Shown here: positions 14,131 to 25,771 of the stretch, piece by piece
Layout: the number at the start of each line of letters is the position of its first letter
Position numbering within the stretch: the stretch's first letter is position 1
Origin: Octopus vulgaris
Lineage: Eukaryota
Direction: 5' to 3'
Assembly: GCA_951406725.2 (NCBI GenBank)
Contig: OX597816.1
Location: forward strand, 129,270,001-129,334,000
DNA: 64,000 nucleotides
Position numbers and translations under genes: made by a program
The notes under the pieces: model-generated
Seen by the model: only the letters and a program-made list of their open reading frames with translations
The model's database searches: none
Told to the model about the DNA's origin: nothing

Positions 14131-15640
14131 CATCATTTTTTCATAACACAATGTAGATAAAAATGCACCGGAGTCTTTAGTCATCTGTCAAGTCACAACA
14201 AGGACCTCAGACAGATAATACTTTCCTTAAGATGTGCATTGTGCCCAATAAGGCTGCTTTTTGCAAGACATCAATCTTGCATGGGATTTCCAGTTGCCTT
14301 AAGAAGTCTTGAAGTTTTAATGGGATTGAGCCCAATGCTCCAATCACCTTTTACATTATTCTCTCACATTCCATACAGTCTTGCCATTTCCACTTTCAAT
14401 TCAGAGTACTTGGTGATATTTTCAACCTCTTTACTCACAACATTCATGTCATTTGGTATGGCTACATCAATGATCTGGCAATATTTGTCTCTCTTACTCA
14501 ATATGACAATATCTAGTCGATGGTGTTTGATTACACCATCCATCTGAATATCATAGTCCCAGAGTATCATTACTTTTCCATCCTTCTTCATACCTTTACT
14601 TGGTACATGCTCATACCAGTTCTCTGTTATTTCATATTGGTATTTACGGCATAAGAGCCATAGAAGATACTCACACATTTTATCATGGTGGCGCTTGTAT
14701 TCTTTTTGTGCAAGGCTCTCACATCCACTTACCAAGTGGGTCACATTTTCCACATGCTTTCCACAGAGTCTGCATTTCTGGGTGTCAGAAGTTTTATAGC
14801 TGTTATACTTCACTGAATTGGTTGCAAGAGCAATGATCAGGCTTTCGGTGGTACACTGCAAATCACCTCACTCAAGCCATGCCCATGATGCAGTATTATC
14901 CTTAACGTCCTATGTATTCCTTTCAAACTGTCCATACATTCTCATTTCAAGAAAGTCTTTTCTCTTTTCCTCAACACTTTGGTTAAACTCTTCCTTGCCC
15001 ATCATTTCATCTGCATTTACACCCATATCTTTTGCAGCATACTGCAGCAGGTCTTCATAACTATTTATCAAATACTTTGCAAGCAATCTTTTTCACTCCA
15101 TATACAATGGTCTATACTAAATAGCCCACTGCTACCATTCTTTCTTTTCATATTTATTCTGTTTATGTTTGCTTTAGGGTATAACGACCCATGCAGCGTC
15201 ATCAACTCTCTCGTCCTTCTATCCAGTGTTAATATTTCCTCCTTAGTCCATTTGAGGATGAACATGCTATATCTGACCACCGCAACTGCCCAGATATTGA
15301 TTGCGGTAATCAAATTTTTGGCATTCAGGTTGGATTTCAACACCATCTTCACCCTTTTTTGATACGTCTCACTTGACTTTCATTTCTCTATGTAGAATGT
15401 CATCCAGCTCCAAAATCCCTAAATATCTTTACCCACTACCATCAGGTTCACCCATGGTCTCTTCTGATGGTAACCACAATCCTCTGCAGGATGCTTTCTT
15501 CCCTCTTTTCATTATTAAGTACTGAGCATTTGGTAATCCCAAATTCCATACTGATGTCCCTACCACACTTCTGAACTGTTTTGGTTAAGGAATGTATCTG
15601 TTTTTCATTGAAAAATACAGAATACGTCTTAATATGCACG
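14131..15640 (-). mobile_element. 5'-truncated, frameshifted R4/Dong-clade non-LTR retrotransposon (RT C-terminus, CCHC knuckle, RLE endonuclease)
   Basis: MEFGITKC and RYLGILE (late RT motifs); KCRLCGKHVENVTHLVSGC (CCHC); RHHD; RLDIV..IIDVAIP..KEVENITKY (RLE); C-terminus LQKAALLGTMHILRKVLSV* with stop at 14207-14209. The 3' end abuts an (ATT)n tract. Confidence 0.9.
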
Positions 15641-16050
15641 CATAACCAACTTTTATCTTTTTACATATTTCAATTCACAATTACATCACTGTACATAAAT
15701 CCCCTCACTAAACAAGTTTTTCAAAACACTTTTTTGTGTGTGTGTGTGTGTGTGTGTGTATATTCCCCTCTCTTTACCAAAAGCTGAACAATTATCTCCC
15801 TTGCCCACAGCAATAACAGTAATAACAATAAGGAATTACCTCCCCTCATTTTTCTACTCATGAAGTCATTCACTCGTAAATATCATCACGCACAACATGG
15901 ACAAAAATGTCTTCTTAAGAAAATACTATTCAAATAAGTAAACCTTAATATCATGAATAGCAAAAGTGAAACCGGTTAATATATTAAAATTTATATTAAC
16001 ACTAGGAAAAGTGTGTATATTTTCCTTTTTTAATTTCTTATATATATTTA

Positions 16051-16218
16051 CTACACTCACGGAGTGGTTGGCGTTAGGAAGGGCATCCAGCTGTAGAAAC
16101 ATTGCCAGATTAGACTGGAGCCTGGTGCAGCCTTCTGGCTTCCCAGAACCCCGGTCGAACCGTCCAACCCATGCTAGCATGGAGAACGGACGTTAAACGA
16201 TGATGATGATGATGATGA

Positions 16219-16221
<3 letters not shown>
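16051..16221 (+). mobile_element. young RTE 3'-end fragment with (GAT)n tail
   Basis: Same sequence as the end of the RTE copy at 17460-17623; CpGs largely intact. Confidence 0.85.
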
Positions 16222-16254
<33 letters not shown>

Positions 16255-16349
16255 ATGTACAGAGAACAGCTTCTGTCACATCCAGGGAGGAAAACCAGAA
16301 GCAGTTGATAGCTTCTGTTACCTAAGGGACCAAGCCAGTAGCAAGGGCC

Positions 16350-17623
16350 AATGCTCTGAAAGTCTAGCTGCTAGAATAAGAGTAGCCTGGGCAAAGTTCA
16401 GAGAGCTCCTACCTCTGCTGGTGACAAAGGGCCTTCGCTCAGAGTAAAAGGTAGACTGCATGACGCATATGTACGAACAGCCATGTTACATGGCAGTGAA
16501 ACATGGGCCGTGACTGCTGAGGACATGCGTAAGCTTGCAAAAAATGAAGCCAGTATGCTTTGCTGGGCGTGTAAGGTCAGTGAGAAAAGTTGGATTTAAG
16601 AAACATCTGATGTGGTGTGCAAGAGAGACAACTGCGCTGGTATGGTTATGTGTTGTGAATGAATGAGGACAGCTGTGTGAAAAAGTGTCACACCCTAGTA
16701 GTTGAGGGAACCTGTGGAAGAGGTAGACCCAGGAAAACCTGGGATGAGGTGGTGAAGCACGACCTTCGAACACTGGGCCTTACCAAAGCAATGACTAATG
16801 ACCGAGATCTTTGGAGATATGCTGTGCTTGAGAAGACCCAACAAGCAAAGTGAGACCATAGCCCATGGCCTATGCCAGTGGGTGTAACCAGCCCACTTAT
16901 GGATATCCCTCCTTCATTGGACAATAAACTTTGCTTGTGTAGACCTAGTGAGGGAAGTGAAATCAAAATCAAAATTGCTGATGTGGCCAATGACAGTACA
17001 ACCTGATTGGCACTCGTGCCAGTGGAACATTAAAAGCACATCCAAACATGGGGTGTAATCAGCCCACTTATGAGCACCCCTCATTCATTAGACAATGAAC
17101 TTTGCTTGTAAAGACCTATTCAGGTAAATGTAAACAAATCAAAATCGCTGACATGGCCGATGACAGTACCTCCTGATTGGCACTTGTGCCAGTGGATTGT
17201 AAAATGCACATCCAAGCATGATCATTGCCAGGGCCACAGACCGGCTCCTGTGCCGGTGACACATGTAAAGCACAATTCGAGCGTAATCATTGCCAGCATT
17301 GCCTCACTGGCACATGAAAAACAACATTTGAGCGTGTTCGTTGCCAGTGCCACCGGACTGGCTCCCCTGCAGGTGGTATGTAAAAACACCTTTTGGGCGT
17401 GGTCATTGCCAGAACTGCCTAACTGGCCCTCGTGCCGGTGGCACGTAAAAGCACCAACTACACTCTCAGAGTGATTGGCGTTAGGAAGGACATATAGCTG
17501 TAGAAACTTTGCCAGATCAGATTGAGCCTGGTGCAGCCTCTGGCTCACCAGTCCTCAGTCAAACCATCCAACCCATGCCAGCATAGAAAATGGACGCTAA
17601 ACGATGCTGCTGCTGATGATGAC
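16350..17623 (+). mobile_element. RTE-clade LINE 3' portion (ORF end plus 3' UTR with internal ~170-bp duplication)
   Basis: RIRVAWAKFRELLPLL, VRTAMLHGSETWAVT and GTCGRGRPRKTWDEVVKHDL..DRDLWR are RTE C-terminal motifs. Ends in a GAT-repeat tail. 16881-17050 is repeated at 17053-17220. Confidence 0.9.
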
Positions 17624-17631
17624 GATATATT

Positions 17632-17683
<52 letters not shown>

Positions 17684-17738
17684 CATATATACATATACAT
17701 ATATGTATATATATATATATATATTCATGCAATTATAC

Positions 17739-17781
<43 letters not shown>

Positions 17782-17818
17782 GATATATATGTATATATTC
17801 ATACAATTATACATATAC

Positions 17819-17900
<82 letters not shown>

Positions 17901-17933
17901 AAATATATTCATGCAATTATATGTATGATGCAT

Positions 17934-17993
<60 letters not shown>

Positions 17994-18799
17994 GGATATA
18001 AATACACATATGTTTTTAGACATACAATGACATGTTTGAAAACATTTATTTTTTAACCAAATTATACATGGAGATAAGGGGTTTCCTTTGTTGCTTTTCT
18101 ATTTCTTTTTTCTTTTGCTTTCCTCGAAAGAGAGAGAGAAAAAAATATTATTAGATTAGTAGTAGAAAGAGGAGAAGAAAAACAAAAGAGAGAAGGAAGA
18201 GGAGGTGAGGTGGAGAGCAAGAACAACAACAAATACAGATGCAAGACAACAACTACAACAGCAACAACAACACAGTGCAATGCAACACAAAGAAGAAAGT
18301 CAAAGTTGGCAATGTTGACAAAGACAATGAAAGCAATGACAATAGTGATAGTGAAAGTGGAATGCAAGAGAAATATTGAAAAACAGTGAATGCAAATATA
18401 TATTCAAATAATAATAATAATAATAATAATAATATAAAATTTATAAAATTAGAGTAAGAAATATCCTGTGAAAATAAGCCTAAAAAAATAAAATAAAGTC
18501 ACATTGATAAGGAAATGAAGAAATATGACAAATAAACATATATATTAATTAAAAGAATCACAGAAAATCTTTCTGCAAACAAAACTAGCAAGATAATCAA
18601 CATGGTATAATTTGAATTTCATATCATCCAATAGTATAACAGGATATGTGTCATTTCTGCACTCTGTAAGTGGTAAAAAAATAAAATATAGCACCTACAT
18701 ATATTCTTCTAGGACAGCTTGACATATGTGTCAATTTAAATAAACTACTGTTTTGGTTTGTGTTTTATATATAATACATATATATATATGTGTATGTAT

Positions 18800-19110
18800 A
18801 TCATCATCATCATCGTTTAACGTCCGCTTTCCATGCTAGCATGGGTTGGACGATTTTGACTGAGGGCTGGCGAACCAGATGGCTGCACCAGGCTCCAATC
18901 TTGATCTGGCAGAGTTTCTACAGCTGGATGCCCTTCCTAACACCAACCACTCCGAGAGTGTAGTGGGTGCTTTTTATGTGCCACCGGCATGGGGGCCAGT
19001 CAGGCAGTACTGGCAACGACCTCACTCGAATCTTTTTACACATACCACCGGCACAGGTGCTAGTAAGGCAACGCTGGTAACGATCAGGCAACGCTGGTAA
19101 TGATAGGCGA
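18800..19110 (-). mobile_element. RTE 3'-end fragment
   Basis: (ATC)n followed by gtttaacgtccgc...; reverse complement of the RTE tail. Confidence 0.85.
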
Positions 19111-19353
19111 CGCTGTATGTAGGTATGTATATGTATATATTTATATGAATCTCTGAGCAAGGTACAAACAGTAGCTACATGACATCATGAAGTATATTTT
19201 CCACTTAAATGTGGCTAACCCTTAAGGGGGGACGCTAATGTAGCTTGTAGCCCCAGGAAGACACCTTCTCTAGCTGGCTATTGACACACTTTCTGTGCCC
19301 TGTCAGTATTTGCAAAGAGAAGACATCCTTCCCATCTCCAACCTGACATGATA

Positions 19354-19398
19354 CATGCGGACCCAAGTTTCTGGGTATTGACCCGTCATCAGTGTGTG
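19354..19398 (-). ncRNA. type I hammerhead ribozyme motif, copy 1 (stem I damaged)
   Basis: Minus strand: CACACA CUGAUGA C-GGGUcaauACCC-A GAAA C-UUGG-GU C | CGCAUG. The core is intact, but the 3' strand of stem I is mismatched. Confidence 0.7.
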
Positions 19399-19710
19399 AC
19401 AATCTCACCAGTTGTCAATGTGAAGTGGTTCCTAATGCATATATATATATCCTTTTTCCAGTAACAAAAAGTTGCTGATCTCGAAAAAGTTTAACAAGCA
19501 ATGATAAATCTCTGAGTGGGGTATAAACAGTAGCTGCATGACATCATGAAGTATATTTGCCACTTAAATGTGGCTAACCCTTAAGGGGGGACGCTACTGT
19601 AGCTCGTAACCCCAGGAACACCTCCTCCCACTGGCTATTGATACACTTTCTGTGCCCTATCAGTATTTGCAAAGGGAAGACATCCTTCCCATCTCCAACC
19701 TGACATGATA

Positions 19711-19755
19711 CACACAGACCCGAGTTTCTGGGTATTGATCCGTCATCAGTGTGTG
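19711..19755 (-). ncRNA. type I hammerhead ribozyme motif, copy 2
   Basis: Minus strand: CACACA CUGAUGA CGGAUCAAUACCCA GAAA CUCGGGU C | UGUGUG. Perfect 6-bp stem I, complete core, GUC triplet, near-palindromic stem III. Predicted cut between 19717 and 19716. Confidence 0.8.
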
Positions 19756-20031
19756 ACAATCACCGGTTGTCAATGTGAAGTGGTTCCCAATGCAAATATA
19801 TATATTCTTTTTCCAGTGACAAAAAGTTGCTGATCTTGAAAAAGTGTAAACAAGCAATAATAAATACACATATGTTTTTAGACATACAATGACATGTTTG
19901 AAAACATTTATTTTTTTAACCAAATTATGCATGGAGATAAGGGGTTTCCTTTATTGCTTTTCTATTTCTTTTCTTTTTTTTTTTTGCTTTCCTCAAAAGA
20001 GAGAGAAACGTGTATATATATATATATTATA

Positions 20032-20062
<31 letters not shown>

Positions 20063-20074
20063 GCATGTATACAT

Positions 20075-20105
<31 letters not shown>

Positions 20106-20110
20106 CACAC

Positions 20111-20141
<31 letters not shown>

Positions 20142-20144
20142 TGT

Positions 20145-20198
<54 letters not shown>

Positions 20199-20290
20199 TT
20201 TTTCAGATTTAGACATCATTATTATTAATATTGTTGTACTGTTGCAAATATGGTTTTGTATTTTATTTATCTAGATATTTTCTTTATTAT

Positions 20291-20576
20291 ATCATCATCA
20301 TCATCGTTTAACGTCCGTTCTCCATGCTAGCATGGGTTGGACGGTTCGACCGGGGATCTGGGAAGCCAGAAGGCTGCACCAGGCTCCGGTCTTATCTGGC
20401 AATGTTTCTACAGCTGGATGCCCTTCCTAACGCCAACCACTTCGTGAGTGTAGTGGGTGCTTTTTACGTGCCACCTGCACTGGTGCCAGGCGAGGCTGGC
20501 ATCGGCCACGGTCAGATTGGTGCATTTTATGTGCCACCTGCACGGAAGCCAGTCGAGGCGGCACTGGCTTCGGCCA
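20291..20576 (-). mobile_element. young RTE 3'-end fragment
   Basis: Near-identical reverse complement of 16051-16221. Confidence 0.85.
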
Positions 20577-20816
20577 TGTGTGTGTGTGTGGTTGTTATTT
20601 TTATCAGAAGCTGTTTACCACATACACAAAAACATACACGCATATATATTTATATAAAGCACAGACATGGCTGTGTGGTAAGAAACTTGCTTTCCAACCT
20701 CATGATTCCGGGTTCAATCTCACTGCATGACACCTCAGTCAAGTGTCTTCTACTATAGCCTTGGGTTGACCAAAGCTTTATGAGTGGATTTGGTTAACAG
20801 AAACTGAAAGAAGCCC

Positions 20817-20850
<34 letters not shown>

Positions 20851-21082
20851 CAAGTATATATTTAAGTGTGTGTATTTATGTCTGTGTTTGACATAAATAC
20901 ACACATAAATATATACTTGACAACCAATGTCAGTGTCTTGGGGTCAATTTGTTCAACTAAAAAGTCCTTTAAAGGTGATGCTCCAGCATGGCTACAGTCA
21001 AATGACTGAAACAAGTAAAAGAATAAAAGAATATATATATACATATACAAATATATATATTCATGCAATTATATGTATGATG

Positions 21083-21119
<37 letters not shown>

Positions 21120-21759
21120 TATAAATACACATATGTTTTTAGACATACAATGACATACACAGACATAGTTGTATGGGCTCAGGTATAGCTGTGTGATAAT
21201 GCAGTTTGTTTCTTAACCGTGTGGTGATGGGTCCAGCTACACTACACTACATGACACCTTAGGTAAGTTTCTTTCCTTCACAATAGCTTCCAGCTGATCA
21301 ATACCTTGTGAGGAAATCCATCAGAAAAAAAAATCACAGGAAGCCCATCATAAGTATTTATGTATATATGTACATATGTATGTATGCAATGTTATGTATG
21401 TATGTGTGTATATGTGCATCTGTGCATGTATTTGTACATATGTGCATGTATACATACATATCCATGAATGCTGATAGTCCACACTTGTCATCAGTTTACC
21501 AGTTGAGTGAAGAAGTGGAGATGATAGCGCTCCTTGTTGACATTATGAATGGTTGTTTTACACTTTTGAAGACTTCTCTTCACTGTTCAATCCCATACTA
21601 GTTTGAAAAAAAGAGACATTGAATGAAAAAGAAGATACAAAAACATATACATACATATTTTTTTATTATTATTTCTATCTAAATATATATGAACACAGGT
21701 ACGTGCAAAACAAGGTGGAAAAAATAGTACTTGAATTCCAAAGATAGAGTAATATGCTT

Positions 21760-21868
21760 TTTATTAATGCTGCAAAATTATCACAGAACTGTTGTGCACA
21801 ACTGTTCAACGAACAGGAATGTGAAACTCTGAGTAACAGTCCTGTAATAATTTTGCAGCTTTAATAAA
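21760..21868 (+). mobile_element. Penelope-type end fragment: 34-bp inverted repeat around a decayed hammerhead (21801-21840)
   Basis: IR arms at 21760-21793 and 21835-21868. Motif: ACTGT-tcaacga-ACAggaaTGT-GAAAC-tctga-GTA-ACAGT. Confidence 0.55.
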
Positions 21869-21888
21869 TATATATGTATATATGTATA

Positions 21889-22765
21889 CAGGGTGCAGTG
21901 AATATATTGTTGTCTAAATTAGGCAGACATGAAAATAACACTGACATCTCATTTTAACAGATATATTTACTAAAATTACATAAAAATTTCTTGAAATACT
22001 AAAGAGTAAATTTATTCAGTAAAATCACCATTGGCTTCAACCATGGCCTTCAGACAACTTCAGAATCTGCTGCAACTCTTCTGGATGGTCTTCTTATTTA
22101 AGTTGGGTGAATGGTCCCATAATCCTTGCCTTCAGTTCATCTTTGGTATTACAAGGAGTTTTGTTGGTCTCTTGCTCAACTGCACCCCACACATAATAAA
22201 GGGGCATGCAGTCTGAGGAGTTAGGTGGCCAGATGTTAGGGACAATGTGGTCACAAAAAGTGTGACAGTCATGACTGGGTTTTCCTGCTTGTGTGGCATG
22301 ATGCTGAGTCCTTTTGCCAGACATAGGGTCTTCCAGCAGCCATCCTCTTGACCCAGAGCAGCACTCCCTCTTCCAGGCTCTTGATGTAGGCCTCTATGTT
22401 GAGTCTGAGGCCATGTGGGAAGATGAATGGAGGCATAACCTTGCCATCACTACTGATCACTCCAAGCACCATTTGAATATTTGATTTTTATCACTTTCAG
22501 TACATGATTTGGGGACAAAGCAAGCCAATTGTTGTTCTGTGTGTTCACTATCTGTTTGTATTGGAACATCCAGTGCAAATGCCAAGCAGTAGAGCATGTC
22601 ATTTCCAAATTTCTGGAAGAGTGAATTGCAGCATGGTGCTGTTTTACTCACAGATGGTGCCCAACTGACCCTACTATGTTGTGTAGTCAACAAAATCAAA
22701 AACAAACAATGCACATGCATGAAATTAAAAATATGAAATGGTGACAATTCACCCATTGCACCCTG
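21889..22765 (-). mobile_element. internally deleted maT/DD37D-type Tc1/mariner element
   Basis: TA|cagggtgcagtg ... cattgcaccctg|TA. Translated pieces: GVISSDGKVMPPFIF, YVWQKDSASCHTS, WPPNSSDCMPLYYVWGAVE. Confidence 0.88.
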
Positions 22766-22865
22766 TATATGTACATATATATATGTGTGTGTATATATAT
22801 ATATATATATTCATTTTTTTATTCACTCTCTTTTACATTCTCTCTCTGTTTATTTTCTCTTATTA

Positions 22866-22901
22866 CTTTCTATTGAAAAACGTAGGCTCGAAACATAAAA
22901 G
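22866..22901 (+). ncRNA. decayed minimal hammerhead motif (same family as 7654)
   Basis: CTTT-CTATTGA-A-AAACgtagGCTC-GAAA-CAT-A-AAAG. Confidence 0.45.
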
Positions 22902-23288
22902 GCTTTTTCATTTTCCTGAGCATCAAACTAATATACTTGCTTATTGTTCATACACCTGTCTTCATCTTTTGTTTTTCTATAAATTTCAACTGTATATATA
23001 TATATATGTATATACACACACAGATACACACACACACAGACACACATGCACATTATATTTCATTACATGTAAATAAATGCAATACATATGCATGCATATA
23101 TAAAGACACATACATACACACACACATACACACACACATCATTGTGCGTGTATGTGTGTATGTGTTTGTATTATGAGTGCATATATATATACATATGCCA
23201 CAGCAATTATGATGTTTATATGTGTAACTTTATGTTGCCTTGTAGCAAATAAAGAAATAACCATCATCTCCATCGTCATCATAATAAC

Positions 23289-23328
<40 letters not shown>

Positions 23329-24308
23329 GCTACAACTACTATTATTATTATCATCATCCTCATTAGTACAACTACTGCTGCTGCTGCTACTACTACTACT
23401 ACTACTACTACTATTATCCTCACTTCCACCACTGTCATCATTATCATCATCATCATCACCCTCATCATCGTCATCACTATCTTTATCAACGTTATTATTT
23501 TTTCCTTTTCCTTGGTATTTTCTCAGTTCTTTGTAAATAATACAAGCTGTCTTTCAAAGAACATCAAATATTAGATATTTTGTGTGTATTCTTCTTTTTT
23601 TTCTGACTTAGACTTCTGTGGTAACTGTTGTAGTTGTTCTTCTTGTTCTTGTTCTTATTTTTGTTGTTCTTGTTGATGCTGTTGTTGAGGTTATGGTGAT
23701 AATGGTTGTTGGATGTCGTTGATGATGTTGTTGCTTCATTTGTTTCTCTTTTGTTCTTTTTTCATTCAAATTTTCTTGGTTTCTTTATTTTTCGTTCTTT
23801 TAGTTTTAGATTTGCATTACTTTCTTCTTTTTTTCTTCGTTTCTTTATCTCTCTTCTATTTAATCCATCCCACCACATCCAAACCACAACTGCCATCACC
23901 ACCAGCAGCAACTATATGGACTTCATTTTCTTCCCAGTTTTCTAGTGGTTTCTTCACTGCTATTATTAGCATTACTTAAGTATATTTAACCAGAATAGAA
24001 TAACTATGTATGTATGTATGTATGTATGTATGTATGTATGTATGTATGTACGTGTGTATGTATTACGTATGTATGTATGTATTTATGTATGTATTTATGT
24101 ATGTATTTATGCATGTATGTATTTATGTATCTATTTATGCATGTATGTATTTATGTATGTATTTATGCATGTATGTATTTATATATGGATATGTGTGTGT
24201 ATACGTGTGCATGTGTGTGTGTGTGTGCATGCATGTGTATGGGAAGGGGGTTGTGTGTGTGTGTGTGAAAAATCAGACTGGAACTTGGTGTAGCTCTCTG
24301 GCTTACTA

Positions 24309-25480
24309 TTAGGTTGGCAACAAAGTTCCCACCGTTTTTTTTAATTTAAACTTTTTAAAAGGTTTAATAAAAAAAAAAATAACAACTAATTAATCAATAA
24401 TGTATTCACTCTTGTTGTTTACAACTTTTTCCCAATGTTCAACAAGATTTTCAATACTTCGTTGGTAGAAATCACCCGATTTTGACTCAAAAAATTGATC
24501 CAACCAAGCTCTCAATTCTTCTCGCATAGCATTTGAAAGAGATCGAAAGAGGTGGAAATCCATTGGTGCCAAATCAGGAGAGTATGGCGGGTGTGGCAGC
24601 ACTTCCCAGCCATGCGTTTGAATGGCTTCCTTGGTCATATTGGTGATATGAGGGTGGTCGTTGTCGTGCAGCAGAACTCCATGCAGACAATTAGGTCTTT
24701 TCTCTTGAATAGCTGTGCTGAGTCATTCCATCTGTTGAACATAGAGTTCCACATTGACCATTTGGTTCCATTCAAGCAATTCATAATTGATAATGCCTTC
24801 CCAGTCCCACCATCCACACAACATCGTTTTATGCGGATGAAGATCTTGTTTCACGCATGGTGTCGCTTGTTTACCGGGGCTAAGTCATTCCTTACGCTGC
24901 TTCATATTTTTTATCACCAGTAACGATTTGGTAAAGAAGTCATTGCTTGTGTCCATGAGTTGAGCAGTACAAACTAGCAGAGATTGTGGCTCATTGAATT
25001 TTGTTGCTATCACTTAAAGCATGCAGAACCCATGCTCCATACTTCTGAACCTTTCCCATCGAGTGAAGATGCTTCTCTATAGCAGTGTGGGAGCATTCCA
25101 TTTTCTCTGCCAGTTCTCTTGTCGATTTATGAGAATTTTCATGCAAAAGTTGCCTTAATCGCTCTTCATCGAACTCAACTGGCCAACCAGAACGAGGTGC
25201 ATCTTTGATGTCAAAATTTCCATTTTTGAACTTGGCATACCAATCATGAGCGGTTCTTCCAGTTATGGCACCCGCTCCATACACAGCACAAATGTTGTGA
25301 GCAGATTTTGTGGCCTTAGAATCTTGATTAAAAGCAAAAAGAAAATGCTCGTTTTTCTTAACTGGACATTCCATTTTAATGATCTGAAAATAAACAAAAA
25401 TTAACTAAAATTAACTAGAAAAAGAACAAAATAGATTCCAAAATTTAAAAAAAACAGTGGGAACTTAGTTGCTAACCCAA
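24309..25480 (-). mobile_element. near-full-length mariner element (mellifera-like TIR) with frameshifted transposase 25374->24390
   Basis: TA|ttaggttggcaacaaagttcccac ... gtgggaacttagttgctaacccaa|TA. HTH region (WYAKFKNGNFDIKDAPRSG), WVLHAL (WVPHEL motif) and HPPYSPDLAPMDFHLF. Confidence 0.93.
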
Positions 25481-25558
25481 TAGTTCCAGTCAAACTATCT
25501 AACCCATGCCAGCACGGAAAGTAGACATTAAATGATGATGATGATGATATATAGATAT

Positions 25559-25602
<44 letters not shown>

Positions 25603-25716
25603 ACAACAGTTACTTGGAAAATACTGCATGGTGAACAGAGAAAGAGAGAGAGAGAAGGATGTATGTATATATATATATGTGTATGTATGAATGTATGTAC
25701 GTATGTGTATATATAT

Positions 25717-25771
<55 letters not shown>

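Larger units (their letters stand above)
19148..19865 (-). mobile_element. tandem dimer of ~357-bp hammerhead-containing units (candidate non-LTR retrozyme)
   Basis: Direct repeats at 19148-19506 and 19507-19865. Each has CTGATGA...GAAAC..GTC on the minus strand; the two cleavage triplets are 357 bp apart. Confidence 0.75.

Noticed and set aside
23139-23574. Hydrophobic poly-I/T/V ORFs resembling membrane proteins
   Set aside because: Trinucleotide repeat tracts (ATT, ACT, ATC) with no domain signal.
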